DNA of 64,000 bases from Escherichia coli 042. GTDB lineage: Bacteria; Pseudomonadota; Gammaproteobacteria; Enterobacterales; Enterobacteriaceae. A model generated the notes under the pieces. The model was not told the DNA's origin. It worked only from the letters and a program-made list of their open reading frames with translations, and ran no database searches. The number at the start of each line of letters is the position of its first letter. The first letter of the stretch is position 1. Below are positions 10,144 to 17,585 of this stretch, piece after piece. The DNA lies in the NCBI RefSeq assembly GCF_000027125.1, contig NC_017626.1. One strand, written 5' to 3'. The position numbers and the translations under genes were made by a program.

Positions 10144-10557
10144 TCAGATGTTTTTCAGTATGCGATCGATGTCGCCGTCATCGCCCTGGTTTCTGCCATC
10201 GTATGCCATGCCAGCTGATACGGCTTGCGGGCTGTGCATGTCCATAAAGTTTTCAAAGGCTGCGGTAAGTTCCGGCGCAACCTTCGGACGTTCCTGCTCT
10301 ATGGTCATGCTAAGGATGCTTTTAGCCGTACCAACATCGATACAAGGCACGTTTGCCATTGCACGCAACAGCGGCTGATAGTCTTTATGCTCATGAAGCG
10401 CCATAATCGCATCAGCGCGCGGCTTGTCCTGCTCTTCCAGTTTGTTTAGTTGATGTACGGCCTCATAGGTTGATAAACCTCTGTCAGCCATTGCCCGCGC
10501 TTCGACTTTAAATTTACTCGCCAGCGGTAGCGTCATGATGCTTTCATTCGTTGCCAT
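10144..10557 (-). CDS. hypothetical protein (137 aa), last gene of capsid operon
   Basis: ORF; tightly packed after the gpD-like gene. Confidence 0.5.
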   Translation of the reverse strand: MATNESIMTLPLASKFKVEARAMADRGLSTYEAVHQLNKLEEQDKPRADAIMALHEHKDYQPLLRAMANVPCIDVGTAKSILSMTIEQERPKVAPELTAAFENFMDMHSPQAVSAGMAYDGRNQGDDGDIDRILKNI

Positions 10558-10569
10558 CGTTCCCCCTGC

Positions 10570-10905
10570 TTATCGGGCCAGCGGCTGAACGGATACGCCG
10601 GAACCCGCAAAGGCGGCGCATTTTTTCGCATCGGTGTCGACGCTCTCAGGCCAGTTAACGGCGGCAATATTGAATATCCCCGTCTTGTAACACTGTGCTG
10701 ATTTCTGCTTTGACGTGTCCACAGGGTACGAGGTCAGATAAACAGCCTTGCCAGATTCCTGACCATCCCACGGCTTAAACTCGCCATTGTCTGCCAGCAT
10801 CAGCGGGGTAAATTCCTGAATAACGCCAGCATCAGCGGCAAAATGTACCAACGTCGTGGATACCTGCTGACTGCCTGCAAATAACTCAATGTATGGAGTG
10901 TCCAT
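10570..10905 (-). CDS. head decoration protein, lambda gpD-like
   Basis: 111 aa; TPLMLADNGEFKPWDG...KTGIFNIAAVNWPESVDTDAKKCAAFAGSGVSVQ parallels lambda gpD (110 aa). Confidence 0.72.
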   Translation of the reverse strand: MDTPYIELFAGSQQVSTTLVHFAADAGVIQEFTPLMLADNGEFKPWDGQESGKAVYLTSYPVDTSKQKSAQCYKTGIFNIAAVNWPESVDTDAKKCAAFAGSGVSVQPLAR

Positions 10906-10917
10906 AGAATCCCCCCG

Positions 10918-11973
10918 TTAACCAATTTTGACGGTAACAAATTTGCGAATATCTGCCGGTACCGGCTGCGGTGCACTGTGTGTCTGCACGTACTCAATCG
11001 CCGGATCGCCGTCCTCAATCCAGTTTTTCGGGTAAAACATGTTTTGTGTTGCGCCCGTTCTTACCGCTTCCTGATCCATTATCGCACCATAGGCCACCAG
11101 CCCTTTATTGTTGGTGTTACCCAGGACCAGCAAATCAGGCTCAAGGAAATATTTTTCGGTACCATCGCTGTCAGTGTATTTGCCGGAATAGACGATAAGG
11201 GCCAGATCACCAAGATAGCCTTTAAAGCTCACCACTTCGCCCAGGTTTTTACAGGCCAGTTCGGCGGCGGATTCTGAACCACGGGAAAGATCGTACAGCT
11301 CACGGAATTTTTTAAAGCTGCGTAATGTGCGCCATACCTCAGCGCCCATAATCATGACGTTTGCGGGGCAACCAGCCTGATCAGCATAAAGCTCGATGTC
11401 ATAGATTGGGTCGTGCATGTCTTTATCCTGCTCGGACCATTTTTTACCCTTGGCCTGCTCTATGATGCAGTTTTCCGGTATTTTCCAGTCGATTTCATAG
11501 CGTTCTATGCCTTCGCCCTCAATGATGTTTTTTCCGGTCGTTACCGCATTCACCGCCAGCCATTCCACGCGTGCCTTAATGGCGTTTATCTGGCGGCGCA
11601 TGTTGCCAGTAATCAGGCGCATACGGCGATAGGTAGGGTCGTTAAGCTGTGCCGGATCTTCTCCAGCCATGCGCATGATGGTTTTCGTTGGATCGATTTC
11701 GTGCTTTGGCTTCATGTAGCCAGGTTTGATTGTGCTGGTTTCGTACCCTTTATCGCGCTGAACCTGGCTACCCACCATAGGCGAACAAAACGCCGACATG
11801 GTGACTTCTTCAATGTCCAGGGTATCCAGCATGATGTTTTGCGTGCTGAATGTCGCCACGTTCGGGAAAAACAGCGTGGTAAACAGAGGGCTGAATTTAA
11901 AATCCGCAATATCCCCGCGATTCAGGTACATGAAAAGCTGGTTAGTGTTAAGTGCCGTTGCTTTGCCTGCCAT
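10918..11973 (-). CDS. major capsid protein, lambda gpE family
   Basis: 351 aa (lambda gpE is 341 aa); adjacent to gpD-like gene. Confidence 0.75.
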   Translation of the reverse strand: MAGKATALNTNQLFMYLNRGDIADFKFSPLFTTLFFPNVATFSTQNIMLDTLDIEEVTMSAFCSPMVGSQVQRDKGYETSTIKPGYMKPKHEIDPTKTIMRMAGEDPAQLNDPTYRRMRLITGNMRRQINAIKARVEWLAVNAVTTGKNIIEGEGIERYEIDWKIPENCIIEQAKGKKWSEQDKDMHDPIYDIELYADQAGCPANVMIMGAEVWRTLRSFKKFRELYDLSRGSESAAELACKNLGEVVSFKGYLGDLALIVYSGKYTDSDGTEKYFLEPDLLVLGNTNNKGLVAYGAIMDQEAVRTGATQNMFYPKNWIEDGDPAIEYVQTHSAPQPVPADIRKFVTVKIG

Positions 11974-12212
11974 TATTCACCCCCATAATTTTTATGCATC
12001 CCAAGCGCCGCAAGTAAATAAGAGCGTACAAGTGAACCTATCGACGGCTCCGGCGTCATCAGCGGATCCAGTCCAGCCGCAACGCCAGCTTCATAGTTTT
12101 TTTTGTGGCGCTGCTTGAGCACCTCCACGATTTCGGGGCTTATGTACACCGAAACACCGCCTTTTTTCTCTTCAGCCATAGTAAGAAATTCCTCTTCGAC
12201 TAAAAAAATCAT
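11973..12212 (-). CDS. hypothetical protein (79 aa, or 68 aa from internal Met), first gene of capsid operon
   Basis: ORF; stop overlaps capsid start (ATGA). Confidence 0.45.
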   Translation of the reverse strand: MIFLVEEEFLTMAEEKKGGVSVYISPEIVEVLKQRHKKNYEAGVAAGLDPLMTPEPSIGSLVRSYLLAALGMHKNYGGE

Positions 12213-12235
12213 AACTGGATGTTTATCCAGTTATG
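12208..12235. promoter_or_regulatory. 12-bp inverted repeat (tcataactggat-gttt-atccagttatga) overlapping capsid-operon start codon
   Basis: Perfect 12-bp arms with 4-bp spacer; AT-rich region with further palindrome ttgcattttatgcaa just upstream. Confidence 0.5.
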
Positions 12236-12344
12236 ATTATAATCAGAATTGCATTTTATGCAATGATATTGAGTTATGTTGCAAATTATGAAATGATTAT
12301 CCCGATCACGAACGCCAGTGCATCCAAAAACCTCATATGCAAAA

Positions 12345-12410
12345 GCCCGATAAGAACCCTCTGACCTTATCGGGCTTTTTTTGGGCGCAAAAAAGCCGGA
12401 TTGCTCCGGC
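12345..12410. terminator. tandem hairpins (bidirectional terminator region, approximate)
   Basis: gcccgataag...cttatcgggc + T7, then aaaaaagccggattgctccggc. Confidence 0.55.
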
Positions 12411-12430
12411 TATGTGTGCTGTGTGCTGGC

Positions 12431-12655
12431 TCAGTCTCTGATCTCTTTCAGAAATTCTATCAATGCATCTATCTGTTCAGGATTTACCGCCAGCATTTCA
12501 CCGGATAGAGCACATCTCACAAAACCATGCTGATCCTTTTCAATCAGTGCGCCCGTCTCCAGGAATGCGCGGTAATCATTGATGCTCATCGTCTCCATGT
12601 TGTCAGCATGGTATTTATCACGCTGTTTTAATATCTCATCAAATTTCATCGGCAT
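12431..12655 (-). CDS. hypothetical protein (74 aa)
   Basis: ORF followed by terminator hairpin. Confidence 0.45.
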   Translation of the reverse strand: MPMKFDEILKQRDKYHADNMETMSINDYRAFLETGALIEKDQHGFVRCALSGEMLAVNPEQIDALIEFLKEIRD

Positions 12656-12758
12656 TGTTTTTTTCCTCTGTTGTGTCTGTTTGTTTCAGATAGTAACTAT
12701 GCCTGACCGTGACGAAAACCCGGTAATGCGCCATACCGTTTCAACTGGTGCAAAAAAA

Positions 12759-12774
12759 GCCGGATTTCTCCGGC
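12759..12774 (-). terminator. rho-independent terminator after PerC-like gene
   Basis: aaaaaaagccggatttctccggc. Confidence 0.6.
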
Positions 12775-12781
12775 TGTTTGA

Positions 12782-13054
12782 TTAGCTGTCCTGGTAATTG
12801 CGCCATATTTCATCACCAGCACCATCTATACCCATTTCGGCATAAGTGCGATCGACTGCCTTTTTCAGGTCTCCGAAATTATCCGGCGGCTCCGGTGCCC
12901 TCTGTGCCTTCCTTGAACATTCCAGCCGTCGCATCGTGATGTGATGCCGTTCCTTGTCTGTCTCCACCAGCTGCATGACTTCACCCCATCGCGCCGCCGC
13001 CCTCCGGTAAAAGCCTTTCGCCTCCAGTTCCTCCGCTATGCGGTCATGTACCAT
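12782..13054 (-). CDS. PerC-family transcriptional regulator-like protein
   Basis: ORF 12782..13174 trimmed to Met MVHDRIAEELEAKGFYRRAAARWGEVM, which resembles the PerC/Pch motif LExxGxWRRAAxRW. Confidence 0.55.
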   Translation of the reverse strand: MVHDRIAEELEAKGFYRRAAARWGEVMQLVETDKERHHITMRRLECSRKAQRAPEPPDNFGDLKKAVDRTYAEMGIDGAGDEIWRNYQDS

Positions 13055-13064
13055 CGTCACCCCC

Positions 13065-13475
13065 TCAGAACGAAATATCATCACCGTAAGGGTCATCGCC
13101 TCCCGCTGGTGGCTGATTACCCTGTGTGCCTGTGGTTTTGCGTCTGTTCCCGCCTGGACGTGCCGCGCGGGCACTGATTACGCTGTCTGCGATAACCTGC
13201 CAGCCCTGCCGCGTTTCTCCGTTCTGTCCGGTCCACTGGCTTACCTGCATCGTGCCGGATACGCTGGCAACATCGCCTTTTTGATGTTTAGCCAGGAAGT
13301 CGGCCTGTTTGCCAAATGCGATGACCGATAACCATAACGTCGCCTGTCCGTCCTGTGCCTGGCTGCATGGCAAAGATACCGCCATACGCGCCAGCGTCAT
13401 CGGTGTGCCCTTGCTGGTCTGTTTTACCTGCGGGTCGTCCACCAGCCGCCCGTAAGCGGCTATCTGTGCCGTCAT
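13065..13475 (-). CDS. ssb: single-stranded DNA-binding protein
   Basis: 136 aa; OB-fold segments parallel E. coli SSB; Gly/Pro-rich tail ending DDPYGDDISF (compare DFDDDIPF). Confidence 0.8.
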   Translation of the reverse strand: MTAQIAAYGRLVDDPQVKQTSKGTPMTLARMAVSLPCSQAQDGQATLWLSVIAFGKQADFLAKHQKGDVASVSGTMQVSQWTGQNGETRQGWQVIADSVISARAARPGGNRRKTTGTQGNQPPAGGDDPYGDDISF

Positions 13476-13753
13476 AATTCCACCTCTCCGGTTTTAACGT
13501 TGATGGTTGTTACCTGTTCCGCTTCGGCAATCTCCCGTTCTGTCAGCGTGGCAAAGTTTGCCGCCGCCGTGGTCATGAATGCGCTTATCAGGTCGGGATG
13601 TTCCTTCGCGTATCCTTCCCGCGTGTGGCGGTCTATCGTTCTGATTGCCACCTTTAAGGTGTGCTCAGTCATGTCTAACGCTTTATATTTTGGCTCTGTT
13701 CTGTCTCTGCGTTTTTGGGTCATTTCTCGCAACCTCTCACTTTTTCGCCTCAC
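13472..13753 (-). CDS. hypothetical protein (93 aa)
   Basis: ORF overlapping ssb start by 4 nt; 5' end overlaps iteron region. Confidence 0.4.
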   Translation of the reverse strand: MRRKSERLREMTQKRRDRTEPKYKALDMTEHTLKVAIRTIDRHTREGYAKEHPDLISAFMTTAAANFATLTEREIAEAEQVTTINVKTGEVEL

Positions 13754-13925
13754 TTTTTCAAGCGTCTCACTTCGTCGCAGTTGGGATTTTCGGTTTTTCT
13801 ATGTGTGTGTTTCATAAGTATTTTTTTACCCCTCACTTTTGAGGATGTATACAGGTCGAAAAGTGAGGGAGAGCGGGCTAATTTTGGCCCTCTTTCTATC
13901 CCCCTCGCTTTTGCTCCTCACTTTT
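13733..13925. repeat. candidate replication origin: CCTCACTTTT iterons (about 6 direct, 1 inverted) with AT-rich spacer
   Basis: Iterons at about 13733, 13748, 13764, 13829, 13859 (inverted), 13901, 13916; directly 3' of the replication ATPase gene. Confidence 0.6.
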
Positions 13926-15324
13926 ATAGCGGCGCTACATCATCCCCATCGATACGAATAACCCCATCTTTTTCCAGCTTGTACAGCCAGCGCCGGAAGT
14001 TTTTCATTTCATACCCCAGCTTTTTCATGTCATCACGTAACAGCGGGATCGTGCACTTGTCGCCGTTCTGTGTGCGTGAACGGATGCACCCCCATAGCGC
14101 GGTATGGTTTTCCGTCTTGTTCCCTGCCTCCTCGATGCGCTCCAGTTCAACAGGAGGGCGCGGATCATCCACCACCACCAGCGACGTGATTAATTCACCG
14201 TCAGCGTCGGTAAAAAGCTCCACCACGCGTAAGTCATATGCGGCTTCTTTGAGTTCCTCCGCGTCCTTCATTTTGGTGCATGAGATAACCAGCGCTTCGC
14301 TTCCTGCGTCCTCCCTGCGTATCCGGTATTCAGCATCCAGCGAAGCACGAAATGCACTGGAACCGCGCGCGCCTTTCGTCTCATCCTTGCCGGAATGGTG
14401 AACCACCAGCACCGTGGCCCCTGTGCGTCGTTTCAGTTCGTCACAACCACGGATAAACGCCCCCATATCACGGGAATCATTTTCATCATTCCCACCAAAG
14501 CAACGCGCCAGCGTATCCAGAATAATCATGCGTACAGGTTTACCCGTTTCCCGCTCCACCTGACGGGCAGCGATAACCATTTCATCAACATCAAGCGGGG
14601 CAGCCGGAAAGATGGGGCGGTTTACCAGATACAGATTTTTCACCTGCTCATCGTGCACAACCTCCCAGGCTTTTACACGACGCGGAACACCTATACCGCC
14701 TTCACCAACCACATAGAGAACCGCACCATGTGCAACCCTGCGGCCTCCCCACTGGCGACCAGTGGCAACATGGCACGCCCACGATCCAGCAAGGAATGAT
14801 TTATAGGACCCGCTAGCCCCGTATATGCTGCATAGCGATACCGCCGGAATAATCCCCTTAACCACGTAATCCAGTTGCGTGTCGTATCCGGTAGATCCAA
14901 CGCTCATCGGTAGCGTGGTTTTTCGCTGGTGTTTTTTTTCTTCCGCCGGCTCTTTCCCGCGCACCCGTTCCAGGTATTCGCGCCAGTTCTCCCGCATATG
15001 GCTGTGCATCCCTTCGGGGTAATAATTCGCATCAGTTACACCCGCCGCCGCCAGCTTGTGCGCAATGGCATTAATATTTGATGGCCTGATGTGGCCTGCC
15101 TTGTACAGCCGGACACAATAGCGCCCCTCGTCGATGATTCTCAGGTCTGCCAGTTCATCCAGTTGATCATCAGCCAGCACAACGGGAGGCACATTATCGC
15201 CAGCCAGTCGCCCGTCCTGTTCCTGCCACTGTTTCGCATGTGCCCAGGCATCACTACCCGCAAAAATAATGACTTCGGTCATCTTGTCGTAAGGCTGTTT
15301 TTTTAAGTTCGGTGCGCTTTTCAT
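13924..15324 (-). CDS. replication protein, RecA-fold ATPase / helicase-like (primase-replicase candidate)
   Basis: 466 aa; Walker A GASGSYKS, Walker B MIILDTLARCFGG, VLVVHHSGK motif typical of phage/plasmid RepA or DnaB-like ATPases. Confidence 0.75.
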   Translation of the reverse strand: MKSAPNLKKQPYDKMTEVIIFAGSDAWAHAKQWQEQDGRLAGDNVPPVVLADDQLDELADLRIIDEGRYCVRLYKAGHIRPSNINAIAHKLAAAGVTDANYYPEGMHSHMRENWREYLERVRGKEPAEEKKHQRKTTLPMSVGSTGYDTQLDYVVKGIIPAVSLCSIYGASGSYKSFLAGSWACHVATGRQWGGRRVAHGAVLYVVGEGGIGVPRRVKAWEVVHDEQVKNLYLVNRPIFPAAPLDVDEMVIAARQVERETGKPVRMIILDTLARCFGGNDENDSRDMGAFIRGCDELKRRTGATVLVVHHSGKDETKGARGSSAFRASLDAEYRIRREDAGSEALVISCTKMKDAEELKEAAYDLRVVELFTDADGELITSLVVVDDPRPPVELERIEEAGNKTENHTALWGCIRSRTQNGDKCTIPLLRDDMKKLGYEMKNFRRWLYKLEKDGVIRIDGDDVAPL

Positions 15325-15620
15325 TTCTTGCCCCTGAATCCGTTAACCATGGTTTTCAGCTTCTGGATGTTTGCCCGTGCCCTGGCGTTGCTGGTGGGCA
15401 CGTTATGCGGCGCGGTCTGTACCAGAGAAAAATCACGCCGGAACTGATAAACAGGCATCACGCAATCATATTCGTAACCTTCACGGCGGTAGGTTACGCG
15501 CCGTTCTTCCACGTCCTTAATCATTACCGTGCCGCCGTACTGGTCGCGGTAAATATCACCGCGCGTAAATTTAGGGTGAGTGTTGCCACTGGCAGTTAAG
15601 CCAGAATATTTAAGTTTCAT
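15321..15620 (-). CDS. hypothetical protein (99 aa)
   Basis: ORF overlapping rep start by 4 nt. Confidence 0.45.
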   Translation of the reverse strand: MKLKYSGLTASGNTHPKFTRGDIYRDQYGGTVMIKDVEERRVTYRREGYEYDCVMPVYQFRRDFSLVQTAPHNVPTSNARARANIQKLKTMVNGFRGKK

Positions 15621-15625
15621 TATTT

Positions 15626-15859
15626 TTATTCTCCGGTGTGCTGTTCTTTATATCTGTCGTGCAATAGATCTATTTCTTGCAGTTCCATTATTACAGGCTC
15701 AAGAAGCGTTATTAATGCTGTGGCAATTCTTGATTTTTGTTTGTCGCGTTCATTGTCGCCAAGTGTTTCAAGCCATATGCGCAATATTTCCATCATGTTT
15801 TCACTGTGAGAAAGTGCAAGAAATGCGCGGTCTATTGTTTGGTGGTAAATATCACGCAT
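15626..15859 (-). CDS. hypothetical protein (77 aa)
   Basis: ORF in operon context. Confidence 0.4.
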   Translation of the reverse strand: MRDIYHQTIDRAFLALSHSENMMEILRIWLETLGDNERDKQKSRIATALITLLEPVIMELQEIDLLHDRYKEQHTGE

Positions 15860-16319
15860 GGCTTACATCCTCAGGAAATTTTCTTCTATAACGCGCCTCT
15901 GCCACATATTCCGCATAATCGGCGGCGATATTCAGTACATCAAGCCCCGTTGATTTATATTCTCTCGTGGAAAGTAAGAAAAAAGCCGCTCTAATAAGTT
16001 CTGGCATTGACGAAAGCGCATCAGCCGCATCATCAGGAACGCCGGAAAATTCCTGTTTCAGGGAATTAAAACGATCATCACGCATAACCCCCCCCCCATT
16101 TTCACAATCAGCAATCAGGATAGCTTTGGCCTCATTCAGCGCCGTATCAGCACTAAATTGCATGACAGCCAGTGAGTGAGGAACGAAAGCACCGGCATAT
16201 TCTGTTTCGCTGGTGGCGTGCTTATGTGCCCTGTCCGCGATAACAGAAATATCAATCAGCGCGTGCATCAGCGTTTTGATGGCTTCGGCGGCTGCGTCCG
16301 GTGTGGTTTTATTGTGCAT
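15852..16319 (-). CDS. hypothetical protein (155 aa) containing a G10 homopolymer
   Basis: ORF; codons GGG-GGG-GGG at 16088..16097. Confidence 0.45.
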   Translation of the reverse strand: MHNKTTPDAAAEAIKTLMHALIDISVIADRAHKHATSETEYAGAFVPHSLAVMQFSADTALNEAKAILIADCENGGGVMRDDRFNSLKQEFSGVPDDAADALSSMPELIRAAFFLLSTREYKSTGLDVLNIAADYAEYVAEARYRRKFPEDVSHA

Positions 16320-16521
16320 AAAGCATCCCCTGAATATTCGTGTTAATCATTCCGGCACGTTTTGTGATTTCCTGTAATGATTCCCTTGTGGCGACAATTG
16401 CTTCATCTGGTAAGTGGTAATTACACACCACGCGACCTTTATCCACATTGACCAGTAGCTGCCCTGTGAATTTCTCACGAAACTGAATGCGGTTAAGGTC
16501 AGTAAGTGACAGATTAATCAT
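16309..16521 (-). CDS. hypothetical protein (about 70 aa from internal Met MINLSL)
   Basis: ORF 16309..16563 starts at GTG; ATG at 16521 is the likelier start. Confidence 0.4.
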   Translation of the reverse strand: MINLSLTDLNRIQFREKFTGQLLVNVDKGRVVCNYHLPDEAIVATRESLQEITKRAGMINTNIQGMLYAQ

Positions 16522-16711
16522 GGCGCACCTCCTGACGAATACGGGCGGCAAATACAGCAACACAACCGGACGGGCAACGGTTACGCGCTTCGCGTTCCGT
16601 CCAGGCGGTTACGTGGATGATTTGAGATTCTCCGGCACTCAGTGCCAGAAAACGCCACACAAAGGCCGTTTGTGTGTGTACAAGGTGTGGTATATGATTT
16701 ACAGCAACCAT
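16514..16711 (-). CDS. hypothetical small protein (about 65 aa), first gene leftward of regulatory region
   Basis: ORF 16514..16786 trimmed to Met MVAVNH. Confidence 0.3.
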   Translation of the reverse strand: MVAVNHIPHLVHTQTAFVWRFLALSAGESQIIHVTAWTEREARNRCPSGCVAVFAARIRQEVRHD

Positions 16712-16803
16712 AACGGCTCCTAGTTTACGTTGTTGGTTAGAAGCCCTGCGAGTGGTAACGACACTTGCGGGGCTTTGTCTTTTCATCGATTACCTTGATA
16801 AAG

Positions 16804-16884
16804 GTGTCAGCCACTATATTAGTAACGGGTGTCAGCCACGTCAATAGTGTTTTTCCGTTTTCTTGTGTGTATACTGTCAGCCAC
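16804..16884. promoter_or_regulatory. divergent regulatory region with three direct repeats GTCAGCCAC
   Basis: Repeats at 16806..16814, 16831..16839, 16876..16884; tatact box and aggaaa RBS precede the plus-strand small gene. Confidence 0.6.
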
Positions 16885-16905
16885 CTAATAACGAGGAAAT
16901 CAGAT

Positions 16906-17085
16906 ATGGCAACAAAAGCAGTTAATGCAAAATCCAAAAAGCTTGAGGCTCGAGTACCACACGCAATAGCTGATGCTGTAGAAAATTTAAAGGAAGATGG
17001 CGAAAGTACAGGGCAATTTATCGTTTCGGCACTTGAAGGCGAGATCAAACGCCGCCAGCGCCGCAAGGCCAAAGAATCAGAATAA
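16906..17085 (+). CDS. small ribbon-helix-helix-like DNA-binding protein (59 aa), candidate island regulator
   Basis: KKLEARVPHAIADAVENLKEDGESTGQFIVSALEGEI resembles Arc/CopG RHH; transcribed divergently from the leftward gene block. Confidence 0.5.
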   Translation: MATKAVNAKSKKLEARVPHAIADAVENLKEDGESTGQFIVSALEGEIKRRQRRKAKESE

Positions 17086-17127
17086 TCACTATCAGCGCCG
17101 TGGTGTGAGGTATTACGGCGCATTGCT

Positions 17128-17316
17128 ATGCAGGACAACACAATGACCGATAAAGAATTGACCAAAACATTATCACCGGCACGGAAAAGACGGCGCAGAA
17201 AGATAGAGCATGAATCAGAAAGATTCGCACCATGTGCTTTTGCCCTTGAGCAATTCCTTAAAGAGTACAGGGAAAAGCGCTCATTGCAGGTATGGCAACG
17301 AACTGAACCAGACTGA
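17128..17316 (+). CDS. hypothetical basic small protein (62 aa)
   Basis: ORF downstream of RHH gene; Arg/Lys-rich. Confidence 0.35.
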   Translation: MQDNTMTDKELTKTLSPARKRRRRKIEHESERFAPCAFALEQFLKEYREKRSLQVWQRTEPD

Positions 17317-17394
17317 TTGCATTGCCCACCAGCCTGATAGCGGCTATCATCCCCGTGCTTATGTTTGGGATCACACACACAAACGGCGCAGCGG

Positions 17395-17430
17395 GTTATC
17401 TGTTCAGAAAGGCGGCTCCATTTCGGGGCC
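17395..17430 (+). terminator. candidate terminator of the plus-strand pair (approximate)
   Basis: ggcggctccatttcggggccgc followed by tttttta. Confidence 0.45.
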
Positions 17431-17585
17431 GCTTTTTTTATACCTGAAAAACCCCAATTTTGTTGTTTTTCAGTTTCACCAGGGCGAACGAATCCCCGCC
17501 CACGTTCTGGCGTATATTCAATCTTCATGGTTATAGCTCTGTGTTCAGATGATTGATGTGTGGCGGCTGCGTGCCGCCAGCGTGA

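Noticed and set aside
11413-11988. 191-aa plus-strand ORF
   Set aside because: Antisense to the gpE-like major capsid gene; no ribosome-binding context.
10118-12774. Repeated GCCGGATTTCTCCGGC hairpins as REP/BIME elements
   Set aside because: Each is a single hairpin with an adjacent A/T run placed directly after a stop codon, which fits intrinsic terminators better than clustered REP palindromes.
13715-14401. 228-aa plus-strand ORF over the iteron region
   Set aside because: It is antisense to the replication ATPase gene and reads through the iteron repeats; Ser/Phe-rich translation typical of a non-coding frame.
16737-17528. 263-aa minus-strand ORF spanning the island regulatory region
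   Set aside because: It overlaps the RHH gene, the three operator repeats and a terminator, and the translation is Cys/Arg/Ser-rich and low-complexity; likely a spurious open frame.
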